A DNA stretch of 64,000 nt, taken from the human T2T-CHM13v2.0 reference genome, Homo sapiens. Within the stretch, counting starts at the first letter, position 1. The number at the start of each line of letters is the position of its first letter. Below, piece by piece: positions 42,701 to 54,814 of this stretch. The notes under the pieces are model-generated. The model searched no databases. It had not been told where the DNA came from and worked only from the letters and a program-made list of their open reading frames with translations. The DNA is taken from assembly GCF_009914755.1 (NCBI RefSeq), contig NC_060925.1; one strand, written 5' to 3'. The position numbers were made by a program, and so were the translations under genes.

Positions 42701-45541
42701 TGCTGTTTGATCAAAGCTGTGCCATCGGAAACTTGTTTTCCCAAGTATGGGTACATTCTCCTCTTTTCCTGAGTGGAGAAACCTAGATCTGAGCAAAAAG
42801 CATGAATCAATACACCTTGGGAGGCAGGGTGTCAAATATTTGATGCCATTTCCTTTGCTTGTAAATTGTTCATTTCATTTGAATATAAATATAAAAGGAC
42901 TTCTACCAAGAACATGAAACTAACATTTTGCCAAGCTAAATTTTAATGAATTTATTTGGACTTTTTTATAATCACTTAATATTTTCAGTTCATGTGCTAA
43001 TATTAACTCTACTTACTGGAGAGAAAGAAATGGTATTCAATATGATAACTGCCTTGTTACTGCAGAAATGTAGAAGTTTGGCATCTTAAGTATCAAATAT
43101 TTTAAGTCAAAAAATTACCAGTGTCCCACAGCACAGAGAGAGAATATATGTTTGCTTGTGTCCCTTTAATCTTTCCCCTGTAAAATTAAGCCTAGGGGCC
43201 TTACACTATTTTAAATTTTCAAAATTAGGTCATGTAAATGTTGTGTCAGATTTCCAATTCATAAGTAGTATACTTATGAATACTGAATAGTGAACATAGG
43301 GTACATTTTTATCCTACTGATTGCTTAGCTGTGGACCAGAGGTAAACAGAGAATGAATGGTATTTTCACAGGTTAGTAAACTGTTTTTCTATGATCTCTT
43401 ATATACAAGTGTGATGAACATTTTTTCCCCCTTCCTGAACTAATATAGGAACATATGGTCTAATAAGTGTGAGTTCATTTGGGGAGGGCAGGATAGAATG
43501 CTTGAAATTAGGACTGACCCAAAAAATGCCTTGGTCTCAGTATTTGTGGATTACGAGGAGGAAGGGCTGAAAAGGAACCTTAAAAGCATTAGAATGGTAG
43601 AGTACAGATTAGCAGCAACACTCAGGGCTCCATCATGAAGAGAGTGAGATGAGTTCCCATGGTTAATGCAGCAGGGGCTCTAATTGAAAGCCCTCTACCT
43701 AGGAAATGATTTAAATCCTTTTATCCTAGCTGGATTGTGAACGTTTTATTTACTTTGAGGAAGTTGTTTAACCCTTTTTGTAGATTGCATCAATATTTAG
43801 AGTAATGTAAATACATTTTCCCTTTGGCTATTTTACAAGGACATTGAGGATTAATTAAATTTAAAAGAAAGTAGTGCAGTTAACTCCCAGGAGACAGAGG
43901 GAGATGTTTATCATTTTTCTCATCATTCATTCCTTATTCATTCATTTTACAAATGTTTGTTGAATAGTAATTATAATGAAGATACTATACCAGCTTCCTG
44001 AATTGGGAATACAAAGATGAAGGATGAGAGTGACTTCTGCCTTCATTATGTTATGTGTTCATATTTTCTTTTTAAAATTCTCATTATAATATGAGTAATT
44101 GTGCAGGGATTTAATATTGCTGGTCTCAGCAATAGTTGATCTTTGATTAACATCTCACTGACACATATTTTCACTGTGTATATTTATTTTTCCTTTCTAA
44201 ATTTAGAACTACTCTTTATCTTCTACTGTAAGAGATATACAACATACTTTTGTTTTTTTCTATGTTGTAATCAGTGCAGTTTTTTTAACCAAGAATAAAC
44301 ACAAGTTCTAATAGCAAACAGAAATAAACTCCCTACACATTACCTTCTCCATTAAAATATGTTTTATGCCACATGCAGAATTTTAATATTATATAGTTAT
44401 TTGTGAAAGTATAACTAAATAGAAATTTTAAGAAAGAATGCCTCTAATATTCATATCTTAGCACTAAAGAAGCATATATTATTCTGCAGATTGAATTAAA
44501 ATGTTAGTTACCAAGATATGAACTTAGACATTTTCAGTAAGCATTTATAGGCTATTCTAGTAGAAAACTGTACACAATTTCCCATGAGGCTGGTGAAGGT
44601 TTCTTAGCTTAAGCGACTTTTTAGCTGGTTCTTGGATTTTATTAAATAATATTTGAATGAACAGTTTTGACTAACAGCCTGAAAATATTAATCTTTCCTC
44701 TCAGTCTGAGCAAGCGAAAGTAGATAAATTCATATTGTATGTCTGATTCTCTTTGGGTTTGAAAAGAAATAAAGACTCTACTTCTAAATTAGCATAGAAA
44801 AAAGGAGAATTTCTCTTGATTTATTTCTCAGTTTGGGTTTGTGCTTTTGAAAAAGGAAAAGAATGATCCTGAAATCAGTAGGCTTTGTCTTTGCCAAAAA
44901 ATGTGGACATGTTGATCTTAGGGGGGCTGATTATATAAAACAGTAGAAATGTAGTCTTAGATGAAAATCTGTAAAGATGTAAGAATGCTGAACTAACATG
45001 AAAATCAGGGGCTGAGAAAATGCTGGATTGAGAATAATGTGATAATGAAGGTTTTATATATATTCATATATATAAAATGTATTCATATATTCTCTTCAAC
45101 ATACATAATGTCATAAAAAGGATAAAACGCCTAAGTCTAGTCTTGGCAGAGCACCAGCTTAAATCACATGAGCCTATCAGAGAACTTATGACAATATTTA
45201 GGGCTAAACTGATGTTACTGGTGAACCAGTATCTGGAATGATTTCCATAACTCACTTAACTTGCACATTTATAATGTGGACTTTAAAAAATAATTATCAG
45301 GATGGCTACTCTGAAGCCAGGAGCTTAGGAAGTGTCACAGATGGTATATATTTGTATTCCTGCCTCATGTCCCTTTCCCTGAAGTGGCGTGTGGAGTATG
45401 AGGGATTACGGTGTATTTGTAGGTGGTGTCCCTGAAAGGCTATCAGGGGACTTCTGGTTCTGCTTCAGTTCTGTTTTGTGAAGACGGTCAAGTGATTTAA
45501 GGTCTCTTGCTTCAGCCATCCCACTTAGAAAGCAGTTGCTT

Positions 45542-46387
45542 TATAGTCCTTTGGGTATATACCCAGTAATGGGATGGCTGGCTCAAATGGTATTTCTAGT
45601 TCTAGATCCCCGAGGAATCGCCACACTGACTTCCACAATGGTTGAACTAGTTTACAGTCCCACCAACAGTGTAAAAGTGTTCCTATTTCTCCACATCCTC
45701 TCCAGAACCTGTTGTTTCCTGACTTTTTAATGATTGCCATTCCAACCGGTGTGAGATGGTATCTCATTGTGGTTTTGATTTGCATTTCTCTGATGGCCAG
45801 TGATGATGAGCATTTTTTCATGTGTTTTTTGGCTGCATAAATGTCTTCTTTTGAGAAGTATATACCCAAAGGACTATAAATCATGCTGCTGTAAAGACAC
45901 ATGCACACGTATGTTTATTGCGGCACTATTCACAATAAGCAAAGACTTGGAACCAACCCAAATGTCCAACAATGATAGACTGGATTAAGAAAATGTGGCA
46001 CATATACCCCGTGGAATACTATGCAGCCATAAAAAATGATGAGTTCATGTCCTTTGTAGGGACGTGGATGAAATTGGAAATCATCATTCTCAGTAAACTA
46101 TCGCAGGAACAAAAAACCAAACACCACATATTCTCACTCATAGGTGGGAATTGAACAATGAGATCACATGGACACAGGAAGGGGAACATCACACTCTGGG
46201 GACTGTTGTGGGGTGGGGGGAGGGGGGAGGCAGAGCATTGGGAGATATACCTAATGCTAGATGACGAGTTAGTGGGTGCAACGCACCAGCATGGCACATG
46301 TATACATATGTAACTAACCTGCACAATGTGCACATGTACCCTAAAACTTAAAGTATAATAATAAAAGAAAAAAAAGAAAAAAAAAAA
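45542..46387 (+). mobile_element. L1PA2-like element with 5' inversion (twin priming)
   Basis: 45542-45858 is antisense ORF2, 45859-46387 is sense 3' end plus A-tail; TSD AGAAAGCA(G/A)TTGCTT at 45527-45541 and 46388-46402. Confidence 0.92.
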
Positions 46388-47009
46388 AGAAAGCAATTGC
46401 TTGAGACTACTTCACTGTAAGCTCCTTTTTTTTTTTAAATAAATGCAGATTTTATGATATTCCTGATCATTCTCTTTGCACTTAGTTTTAAAATGTTATT
46501 TGCAGTTGATTAGAGAGTGGTGATAAGTAAGCCAGGATTTCTGGAATGCCAGGGCACTGTCCCCATGCATGGAAAACTGCACAAGAGCTTGTGTGTCTTG
46601 ACATTCCCACATGTCAGGATGCCTTCATTTGCTAATGACAGAATACCCAACTCAGACTGGATTAAATAAAAGGGGATTTTCTTGCTTATTTAACTCTAGA
46701 TTCAGTGGTAAATGGGTTTCTGGGTTGATTGGTTTGGGGCCTAACAATGTCTTCAAGGACTTGGTTTCTTTTCAACAGTCAGCTTTTGCCTTCCTGTGAG
46801 CTAGCATTGTTTCCCATGGGATTGCAAGGCAGCTGCATACAACTCCTGCAGTTCTTCCTTTTCCATATCCAGAGAGGGGACGTCCTTTCAGACGCTGATT
46901 ATTTTAGGTGTAAATTCCATGTCCCATCCCTAGAGTCAGGGGTAAACTTAGCGATTCCCAAATGAACTATCCTGAAGAAGATACGATGTAGTATTGAATA
47001 GCAGGAACA

Positions 47010-49547
47010 TTTTTTATTTTATTTTTATAGAGATAGGGTCTCTTTCTGTAGCCCAAGCTGGAGTACTGTCTTAGTCTGTTTTTATGCTGCTGATAACGAC
47101 ATACCCATGACTGGGCAATTTACAAAAGAAATAGGTTTAATTGGACTTACAGTTCCATGTGGCTGGGGAAGCCTCATAACCATGGCAGAAGGCAGGGAGG
47201 AGCAAGTCACGTCTTACATGGATGGCAGCAGGCAAAGAGAGCTTGTGCAGCAAAACTCCCCTCTTGAGACTTACTGTCACAAGAACAGCATGGGAAAGAC
47301 CTGCCCGCATGATTCAATTACTTCCCACTGGGTCCCTCCCCCAACACATGGAAATTCAAGATGAGATTTGGGTAGGGACACAGCCAAACCATTCTGCCCT
47401 GGGCCCCTCCCAAATCTCATGTCCTCACATTTCAAAACCAATCATGTCTTCCCAACAGTCCCCCAAAGTCGTAACTCATTTCAGCATTAACTCAAAAGTC
47501 CAGTCCAAAGTCTCATTCAAGACATGGAAAGTCCCTTCCACCTGTGAGCCTTTAAAATCAAAAGCAAGTTAGTTACTTCCTAGATGCATTGCAGGTACAG
47601 GCGTTGAATAAATACAGTCATTCCAAATGGGAGACATTGGCCAAAACAAAGGGGCTATAGGCCCCCTGTAAGTCCAAAATCCAGCAGGACAGTTAAATCT
47701 GAAAGCTCCAAAATGATCTCCTTTGACTCCATGTCTCACATCCAGGTTACACTGATGCAAGAGGTGGGTTCCCATGGTCTTGGGCAGCTCCACCCCTGTG
47801 ACTTTGCAGGGTGTAGCCCCCCTCCTGGCTGCTTTCACAGGCTGCTGTTTAGTGTCTGCAGCTTTTCCAGGCACATGGTGCAAGCTGTCAGTGGATCTAC
47901 CATTCTGGGGTCTGGAGGACAGTGGCCCACTTCTCACAACTCCACTAGGTGGTGCCCCAGTAAGGACTCTGTGTGGGGGCTCTGACCCCACATTTCCCTT
48001 CCGCACTGCCCTAGCAGAGGTTCTCCATGAGGGCCCTGCCCCCTACAGCATACTTTTGCCTGGGCATCCAGGCATTTCCATACATCCTCTAAAATCTAGA
48101 CAGAGGTTTCCAAACCTCAGTTCTTGACTTCTGTGCCCCTGCAGGCTCAACACTAGATGGAAGCTGTCAAGGCTTGGAGCTTCCACCCTCTCAAGCAACA
48201 GCCCAAGCTATACCTTGGGTCCTTTTAGTCAGGGCTGGAGTGGCTGGGACGCAGGGCATGGAGTCCCTAGGCTGCACACAGCATGGAGACCCTGGGCCTG
48301 GACCATGAAACCATTTTCTCCTAGGCTTCTGCGCCTGTGATGGGAGGGGCTGCTGTGAAGACCTTTGACATGCCCTGGAGACATTTTCCCCATTGTCTTG
48401 GGGATTAACATGCGGCTTCTAGTTACTTATGCAAATTTCTGCAGCCAGCTTGAATTTCTCCTCAGAAAATGGGTTTTTCTTTTCTATCACATTGTCAGGC
48501 AGCAAATTTTCTGAACTTTTATGCTCTGCTTCCCTTATAAAACTGAATGCCTTTAACAGTACCCAAGTCACATCTCGAATGCTTTGCTGCTTAGAAATTT
48601 CTTCCACCAGATACCCTAAATCATCTCTCTGAAGTTTAAAGTTCCACAAATCTTTAGGGCAGGGGCAAAATGCTGCCAGTCTCTTTGCTAAAACGTAACA
48701 AGAGTCACCTTCGCTCCAGTCCCCGACAAGTTTCTCATCTCCATCTAAGACCACCTTAGCCTCAACTTTATTGTCCATATTGCTATCAGGTTTTTGGTCA
48801 AAGCCATTCAACCAGTCTCTAGGAAGTCCCAAACTTTCCCACATTTTTCTGTCTTCTTCTGAGCCCTCCAAACCGTTCCAGCCTCTGCCTGTTACCCAGT
48901 TTCAAAGTCGCTTCCACATTTTTGGGTATCTTTTCAGCAGCCCCAACTCTACTGGTACCAATTTACTGTAGTAGTCTGTTTTCACACTGCTGATAAAGAC
49001 CACCCCAGACTCGGCAATTTACAAAAGACAGAGGTTTAATTGAACTCCTGGCTAGGGAAGACTCACAGTCATGGCGGAAGGCAAGGAGGAGCAAGTCACG
49101 TCTTACGTAGGTGGCAGTAGGCAAAGAGGCTTGTGCAGGAAAACTCCCCCATATAATAACTATCAGATCTCTTGAGAGTTACTCACTGTCACGAAAGCAG
49201 CACCGGAAAGAACTGCCCCCATGATTCAATTACCTTCCACAGGGTCCCTCCCACAGCACATGGACATTCAAGATGAGATTTGGATAGGGACACAGCCAAA
49301 CCGTATCAAGTACAATCTTGCCTCATTGTAGCCTCCACCTCCTGGGCTCAAATGATCATCCCACCTCAACCTCCCAAGTAGCTGGGACTACAGGTGTGTG
49401 CCGCTACACTGGCTATGTTTTAATTTATGTAGACATGATGTCTTCCTGTGTTGCCCAGGCTTGTCTGGAAGTCCTAGGATTAAGGGATCCTCCTGCCTTG
49501 GCTTCCCAAAGCTCTGGATTACAGGTGTGAGCCACTGTACTTGGCTA
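47010..49547 (-). mobile_element. AluJ-like element split by THE1 (pieces about 47010-47066 and 49314-49547)
   Basis: Alu sequence resumes directly after the THE1 TSD. Confidence 0.8.
47067..49308 (-). mobile_element. Full-length THE1 (THE1B-like) MaLR: LTRs 47067-47391 and 48967-49308 plus internal region
   Basis: two LTRs, THE1-int ORF remnants, 5-bp TSD AGTAC at 47062-47066 and 49309-49313. Confidence 0.93.
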
Positions 49548-50440
49548 GCAGGAAAATTTCTAAGAAATAGATATTGGTGCAATAACCACAAAGCCAACCA
49601 GAGAGAGTTTTTCCATTTCCATTTTATAACTCATTTTTTTCCTTGACCTTGGAAAACTAGGGAACAGTTGGACTTAAGTAAGTAAATGTACTTTACTGTA
49701 TAAGAATACTTCACTCTGACACACAGCATCTGCAACACACAAGTCAGCTCAGACTTCAGTAACTGCTATTAGTATTTCTATCATGAACCTCACAGATCCC
49801 TGGTGACCAGGCATTGCATAAGAAGAAACTTCACAAGAGATAGAGATTCACGGGAAATATACCAGAATATGTCATAAAGAATAATCTCTTTCCAATGCAT
49901 ATGGTGGGGATAATGATATGTAAATATTTTAATTTTTTTGACAATATTTTACAATTAATTTAGAACTTATATAGTATTATTGATGTAGGTTTCAAACTCA
50001 CAATTATGACTTAAAGTATATACTAATATGATAGAAATTCAAAGTCAGATAATTCTCATCTTTATATAGGAAGTAATTATGAAAGTTCTCAATTAACATT
50101 AATATAAGACCTAGAAAGTAAGTCTAGCTTGACTGTTGAAGTATAATAGTATTTAAATCCTTTACTGAAAGAAAATCCGCCACTTACCTATGATGAGTGG
50201 TTATATACATTTTGTACCTTTTATTATATAGCCTTGTCAGTTTAGAAAATTAAGAACATTATGATGTTTTATTGGTTGAGTGGTAGCCCAAGCTACTCAA
50301 ACAAGAAAATGATGGTTTGAGTGCACTTGATTTTGGACAGATAGTATCACTGAGAACTGCTTCCTTGTTTGTGCCAGAAAATGGGCTGACGTTTGAGAAG
50401 ATGTTTAAATATGAATGATTTTTTTTTGATAAGTTATTTA

Positions 50441-52487
50441 GCGCAATTTTCCTACAAACTTTCCAGTTTAATTCGGAACTGAACAGTGGAATTCCAAAGC
50501 ACAGCTCGAGAGGAACCCAATCTGCTTCTGTTGTGGCACCAGAGGTTTGCTTTGTTGCTGAATCTGTAGTTGCTTCCTCAATGACCATTTCAAATGACTC
50601 TGTACTCCCATTTACATCTGAGCCAGAAGCCAAATCAGGTTTTCCTCTCTCATCAGAAGCATCACTGAGTTTTCTATTTGCAAGTTGGATGGAAACATTC
50701 AACATGGTGACATATCCGCAGAGATGTTGTAAGTCCACTGTTCCTTAGTATCTGCAATGCTTTATGAACACCCATATTGACACGAGTGAACTCTCCTTGT
50801 AGTTCTGTTTCATCAAATGGAAATGGGACATGGACAGTTTCTCCTATCCCATGCAGACCATGCTCCTGAATTAAAACTGCAGAATGTGTTAAAGCATCAT
50901 TCAACATCGTGAGCACATTTGAGGTAGGAACTACTCCAGGATCATGACCCCAAGATGTTATTAGCAATCGATCATAACTCTGAAATATATCTGGCAGTTT
51001 TTGAGGTCTTGTACCTTTGGACAATAAAAGGGATGGTGGTCCTTGTCCAGTGATATGATAAATGTACCGTTTAAACCAGACAGAGCTGATTTCTGGGATA
51101 GCTGGTCCAATATGCTGAAGGGTGCAGCTGCTGATGGGCCGGATTTCATTGGTGAGGGGAGCCATGGAAACAAGCAGCGTGTAGTTTTTGTTTAAAACTC
51201 TGCTGAAAGTTCCAGGGTCCAGACCAAGAAGGCTTTCACAGTATAAGAGATCCAGAGGAAAACCATAATTGGGTTGGTCTGGCTGTGCAGTTTGCACAAC
51301 TAGATCTTTGTTATGATGCAGAAACAGTATTGTGTTTCTCAGAGTAAATGCATGATCAAAATACCTCTGTGCTTCTCCTTCACCAGTGCTCTGAACTGGT
51401 GAAAGATATCCCATCATTAAGAAGGCAGTAAGACTGGAGTCAAACAGGAATGCGATGCGTTTCGTGTGTCCTGTAGACAGACTCAGGCTGCTTACACTGG
51501 CTGAGTCAGCTGGATCTTCTTGACTATTTGTATCAGTATCAGTTGCCGATGAAGCTGATTTCTCAGGCACATTTCTCAGGCAAAGTGCGTATCTTGATGT
51601 CATCTTATGTGATATATCCAGCCTGCACCACCCACTACGCCTCTATGGCAATTTCCACTGGCTTTATTGGTAGAAGATCATGGGCTGTTTTCCTTCTGAA
51701 GAATTTTTTTGATGATCTACACTGATTCATAAGATCAATATACTGGTTTCTTCCTATGCCGAGAAGCCTTAGACAGTCAGCAGCAGTAAAATTGGGCAAT
51801 GAATCATAACTTTTCTCACTGTTCATAATATTCTCCATAATCCCAGTATAATATGAAAATGGTGTTATGCTCAAGCCCTTCACCATAATATCCGATAGAT
51901 GGTAAGGGTACAGCATGAGATGATCTTGGCTGTACTTTAGCACTTCCTCATAGTATCTGCATTCATCTTTCTTGACATGTTTAAGTTATTTCTGTATCGT
52001 AACTGATTGCAGATACTGTACAGGACAACCTGCTTTTCATATTCTCTGTGAATTTCAAAGACGACTGGGATTTTCTTCCTCCTCTACCACCCTGAACAGC
52101 AAGACCAATACATCCTGTATTTCCTCCTCTTCAGCCTACTTGTGAAGACAAGGATGAAGACCTCCATGATGAGCCATCTCCACTTAATGACTGTCTCACA
52201 TTGGCCGGCAACTTGTTCCAGGTATAGTTGTGCCGGATGTGGAACTCCACATCTATGTTCATGATGCGGCGGCCAGGGCCGGCGGCGGGGGCCACGACCG
52301 CGACCCACACTAGGCCTCCCGCCTGCCCGCCCGCAGCCCGTCAGCGGAGCGCTGCGGGAGGCCCGGCGCCTCGCAATGCAGAAGGCCCAGGCTGCCTCTT
52401 GGCCTGGGCTCCCTACAGTTGAGTGTGGCCCAGGCCAACCGAACACTAGAGCAGCAGCGATGGGAGGCTGGGTCGCCTGAGCAGCTC
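50441..52487 (-). pseudogene. FAM91A1 processed pseudogene (3'-truncated, internal deletion, stops and frameshifts)
   Basis: ATG at 52262 gives MNIDVEFHIRHNYTWNKLPANVRQ; intronless FAM91A1 peptides in ORFs 51635-51943, 50674-51603 and 50259-50738; premature TAG 51635-51637; GC-rich 5'UTR 52263-52487. Confidence 0.93.
52064..52190 (+). mobile_element. Tigger2a-like DNA transposon fragment embedded in the retrocopy (exonised)
   Basis: GGATTTTCTTCC..CTCT.CCACCCTGA.CAGCAAGACCAA...TCAGCCTACT..GTGAAGAC..GGATGAAGACCT..ATGATGA.CCA..TCCACTTAATGA matches recalled Tigger2 consensus. Confidence 0.75.
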
Positions 52488-52747
52488 GGAAGGCCCTTTT
52501 TAACTTTAGACGTTCTGTTTGTTGAAGAGATACATAGGTTATCAACTTAGGCCAGGTTCAAAAGGCCCTTCAATCATATGGAAGTGAAACGTAACCTCCT
52601 CCTACAAGGAAAAGGATTGACTCGCCCATTCAACCAGGATACTTAGTCTTACTAAAAACTTAGAAAGAAGAATCCCCCAAGAATCAATTACAACCAAAAT
52701 GGAAAGGGCCCCTATCAGGCATTATTAAGCACCCCCACTGCTGTTAA

Positions 52748-53378
<631 letters not shown>

Positions 53379-53956
53379 CTCAAAGATTGTTATGAGTCCT
53401 CACAGATGTCAGAGGACGATGCTGTGACCTATATTTGCAAACGCCCGGAAGACTTAAAGCTATTGTTTTGCAAATGCACAGATAACAATAATAACATGAT
53501 GCTGTGGATGAGCATGAAAGTTTTTCTCTTATTCCTAATTATAATGTTTTCCCTCTTACTGCTTTGCCCTGCTGATGGAATTCAGTAAAGGAATCTCTAC
53601 CAGCAGACACTTGGTTTTTACCCTTCCTAGGACCTTTAATAGATATCTTTTTATTACTAATCTTTGCTCTTTGCTTGTTTAACCTCCTTGTAAAGTTTGT
53701 GTCTTCCAGATTACAATAATTCCATGTAAAGATGATGCTGGCACAAGGCTTTCAACCCATCCCCTCTTCTGACCCAGAAGATAAAGACATCCTACCTTTG
53801 AGCCTTTTAGAACAGGTATCCAGGGATTTTACCTCTCCAGTGCTAGGCAGGGTCTATGCCCATAACATCAGCAGGAAGCAGTTACAGAAGATGAACCTCC
53901 GCCCTTCTGCAAGCCCCTTAAGATTAAGGAGGAGTATATAATCTCTGATGGGGAAA

Positions 53957-54488
53957 TGAGGTAGGAGACCAGAAGGACTTATTTTCCATTCCCAACCCCA
54001 TTGAACAGAGCAGGATCTGGTCAAAACAGGGTGCAGTGGAGAAGCCTGCTGAAACCAGCAGATGATGATGAAAGTGACCTCTAGTTGCCCTCACTGCTTA
54101 TGAGCATAAAGACACTACCACTGGGACCATGGCCAGTTTACAAATGTCATGGCAACACACCTTGGCAATGGCCTGGAAGTTACTTTATATGGTTCTGGAA
54201 ACTCCCTGCCCCTTTCCCAGAAAGTTCTGAATAACCTACCTCTTAATTGGCATGCAATTAAAAGTGGCTCTAAATACAACTAGCTAGTAGCCCACAGGCA
54301 CCAACTCTGGGCACACTGCCTATAGGTTAGCCCTGCTCTGCAAGAAGTAGCACCAGTTCAATAAAAGTTGCTTTCTCTCACCAGCGGCTTATCCTTGAAT
54401 TCTTTTCTTGGCAAAGCCAAGGAGACTACAGTCTGGGAGAAATTTCCCACGCTACAAACCAGTTTTGGGGCTTGCCTGCCCTGTGTCA
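53957..54488 (+). mobile_element. ERV1 3' LTR (MER66-like)
   Basis: TGAGGTAGGAGACC start after GATGGGGAAA; AATAAA 54360-54365; ends TGTGTCA. Confidence 0.75.
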
Positions 54489-54801
54489 CTATCATTATTT
54501 CCTTGGATTTCACAGGAGTGTACATGTGTGAGACTGCTGCCCTGCTTATAGATCTGTTTCCCTGCAGGAAACAGGAGTATCTTGCCTGTGGCTTCCAGAG
54601 TTGGAGATACATGTAGTTTCACTACTGAGTGCTAACATTTAATTTTGGAATCAAGTGATGCAATCAGACTGGTTGCTATCATTCTGTGGTATACATGTAG
54701 TGAACACATTTGTGACTGAGTTTCCTGCTTTTAGCTGGAGCAAGAAAGTTTTATAATTGTGATTTGTACAAAAAAAATGATAGGCAAGAGAATGTGTGTA
54801 A

Positions 54802-54814
54802 AATAAACTTTATT
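54802..54814. terminator. Back-to-back poly(A) signals on both strands
   Basis: AATAAA (+) 54802-54807 and TTTATT (AATAAA on -) 54809-54814. Confidence 0.5.

Noticed and set aside
42619-42772. Possible cryptic exon after TTGACTTACAG that stays in frame with the frameshifted exon 2
   Set aside because: Splice signals are ordinary and there is no homology; cannot be distinguished from background without RNA data
47569-48971. ORFs of 90-150 aa
   Set aside because: Remnants of the THE1 internal region
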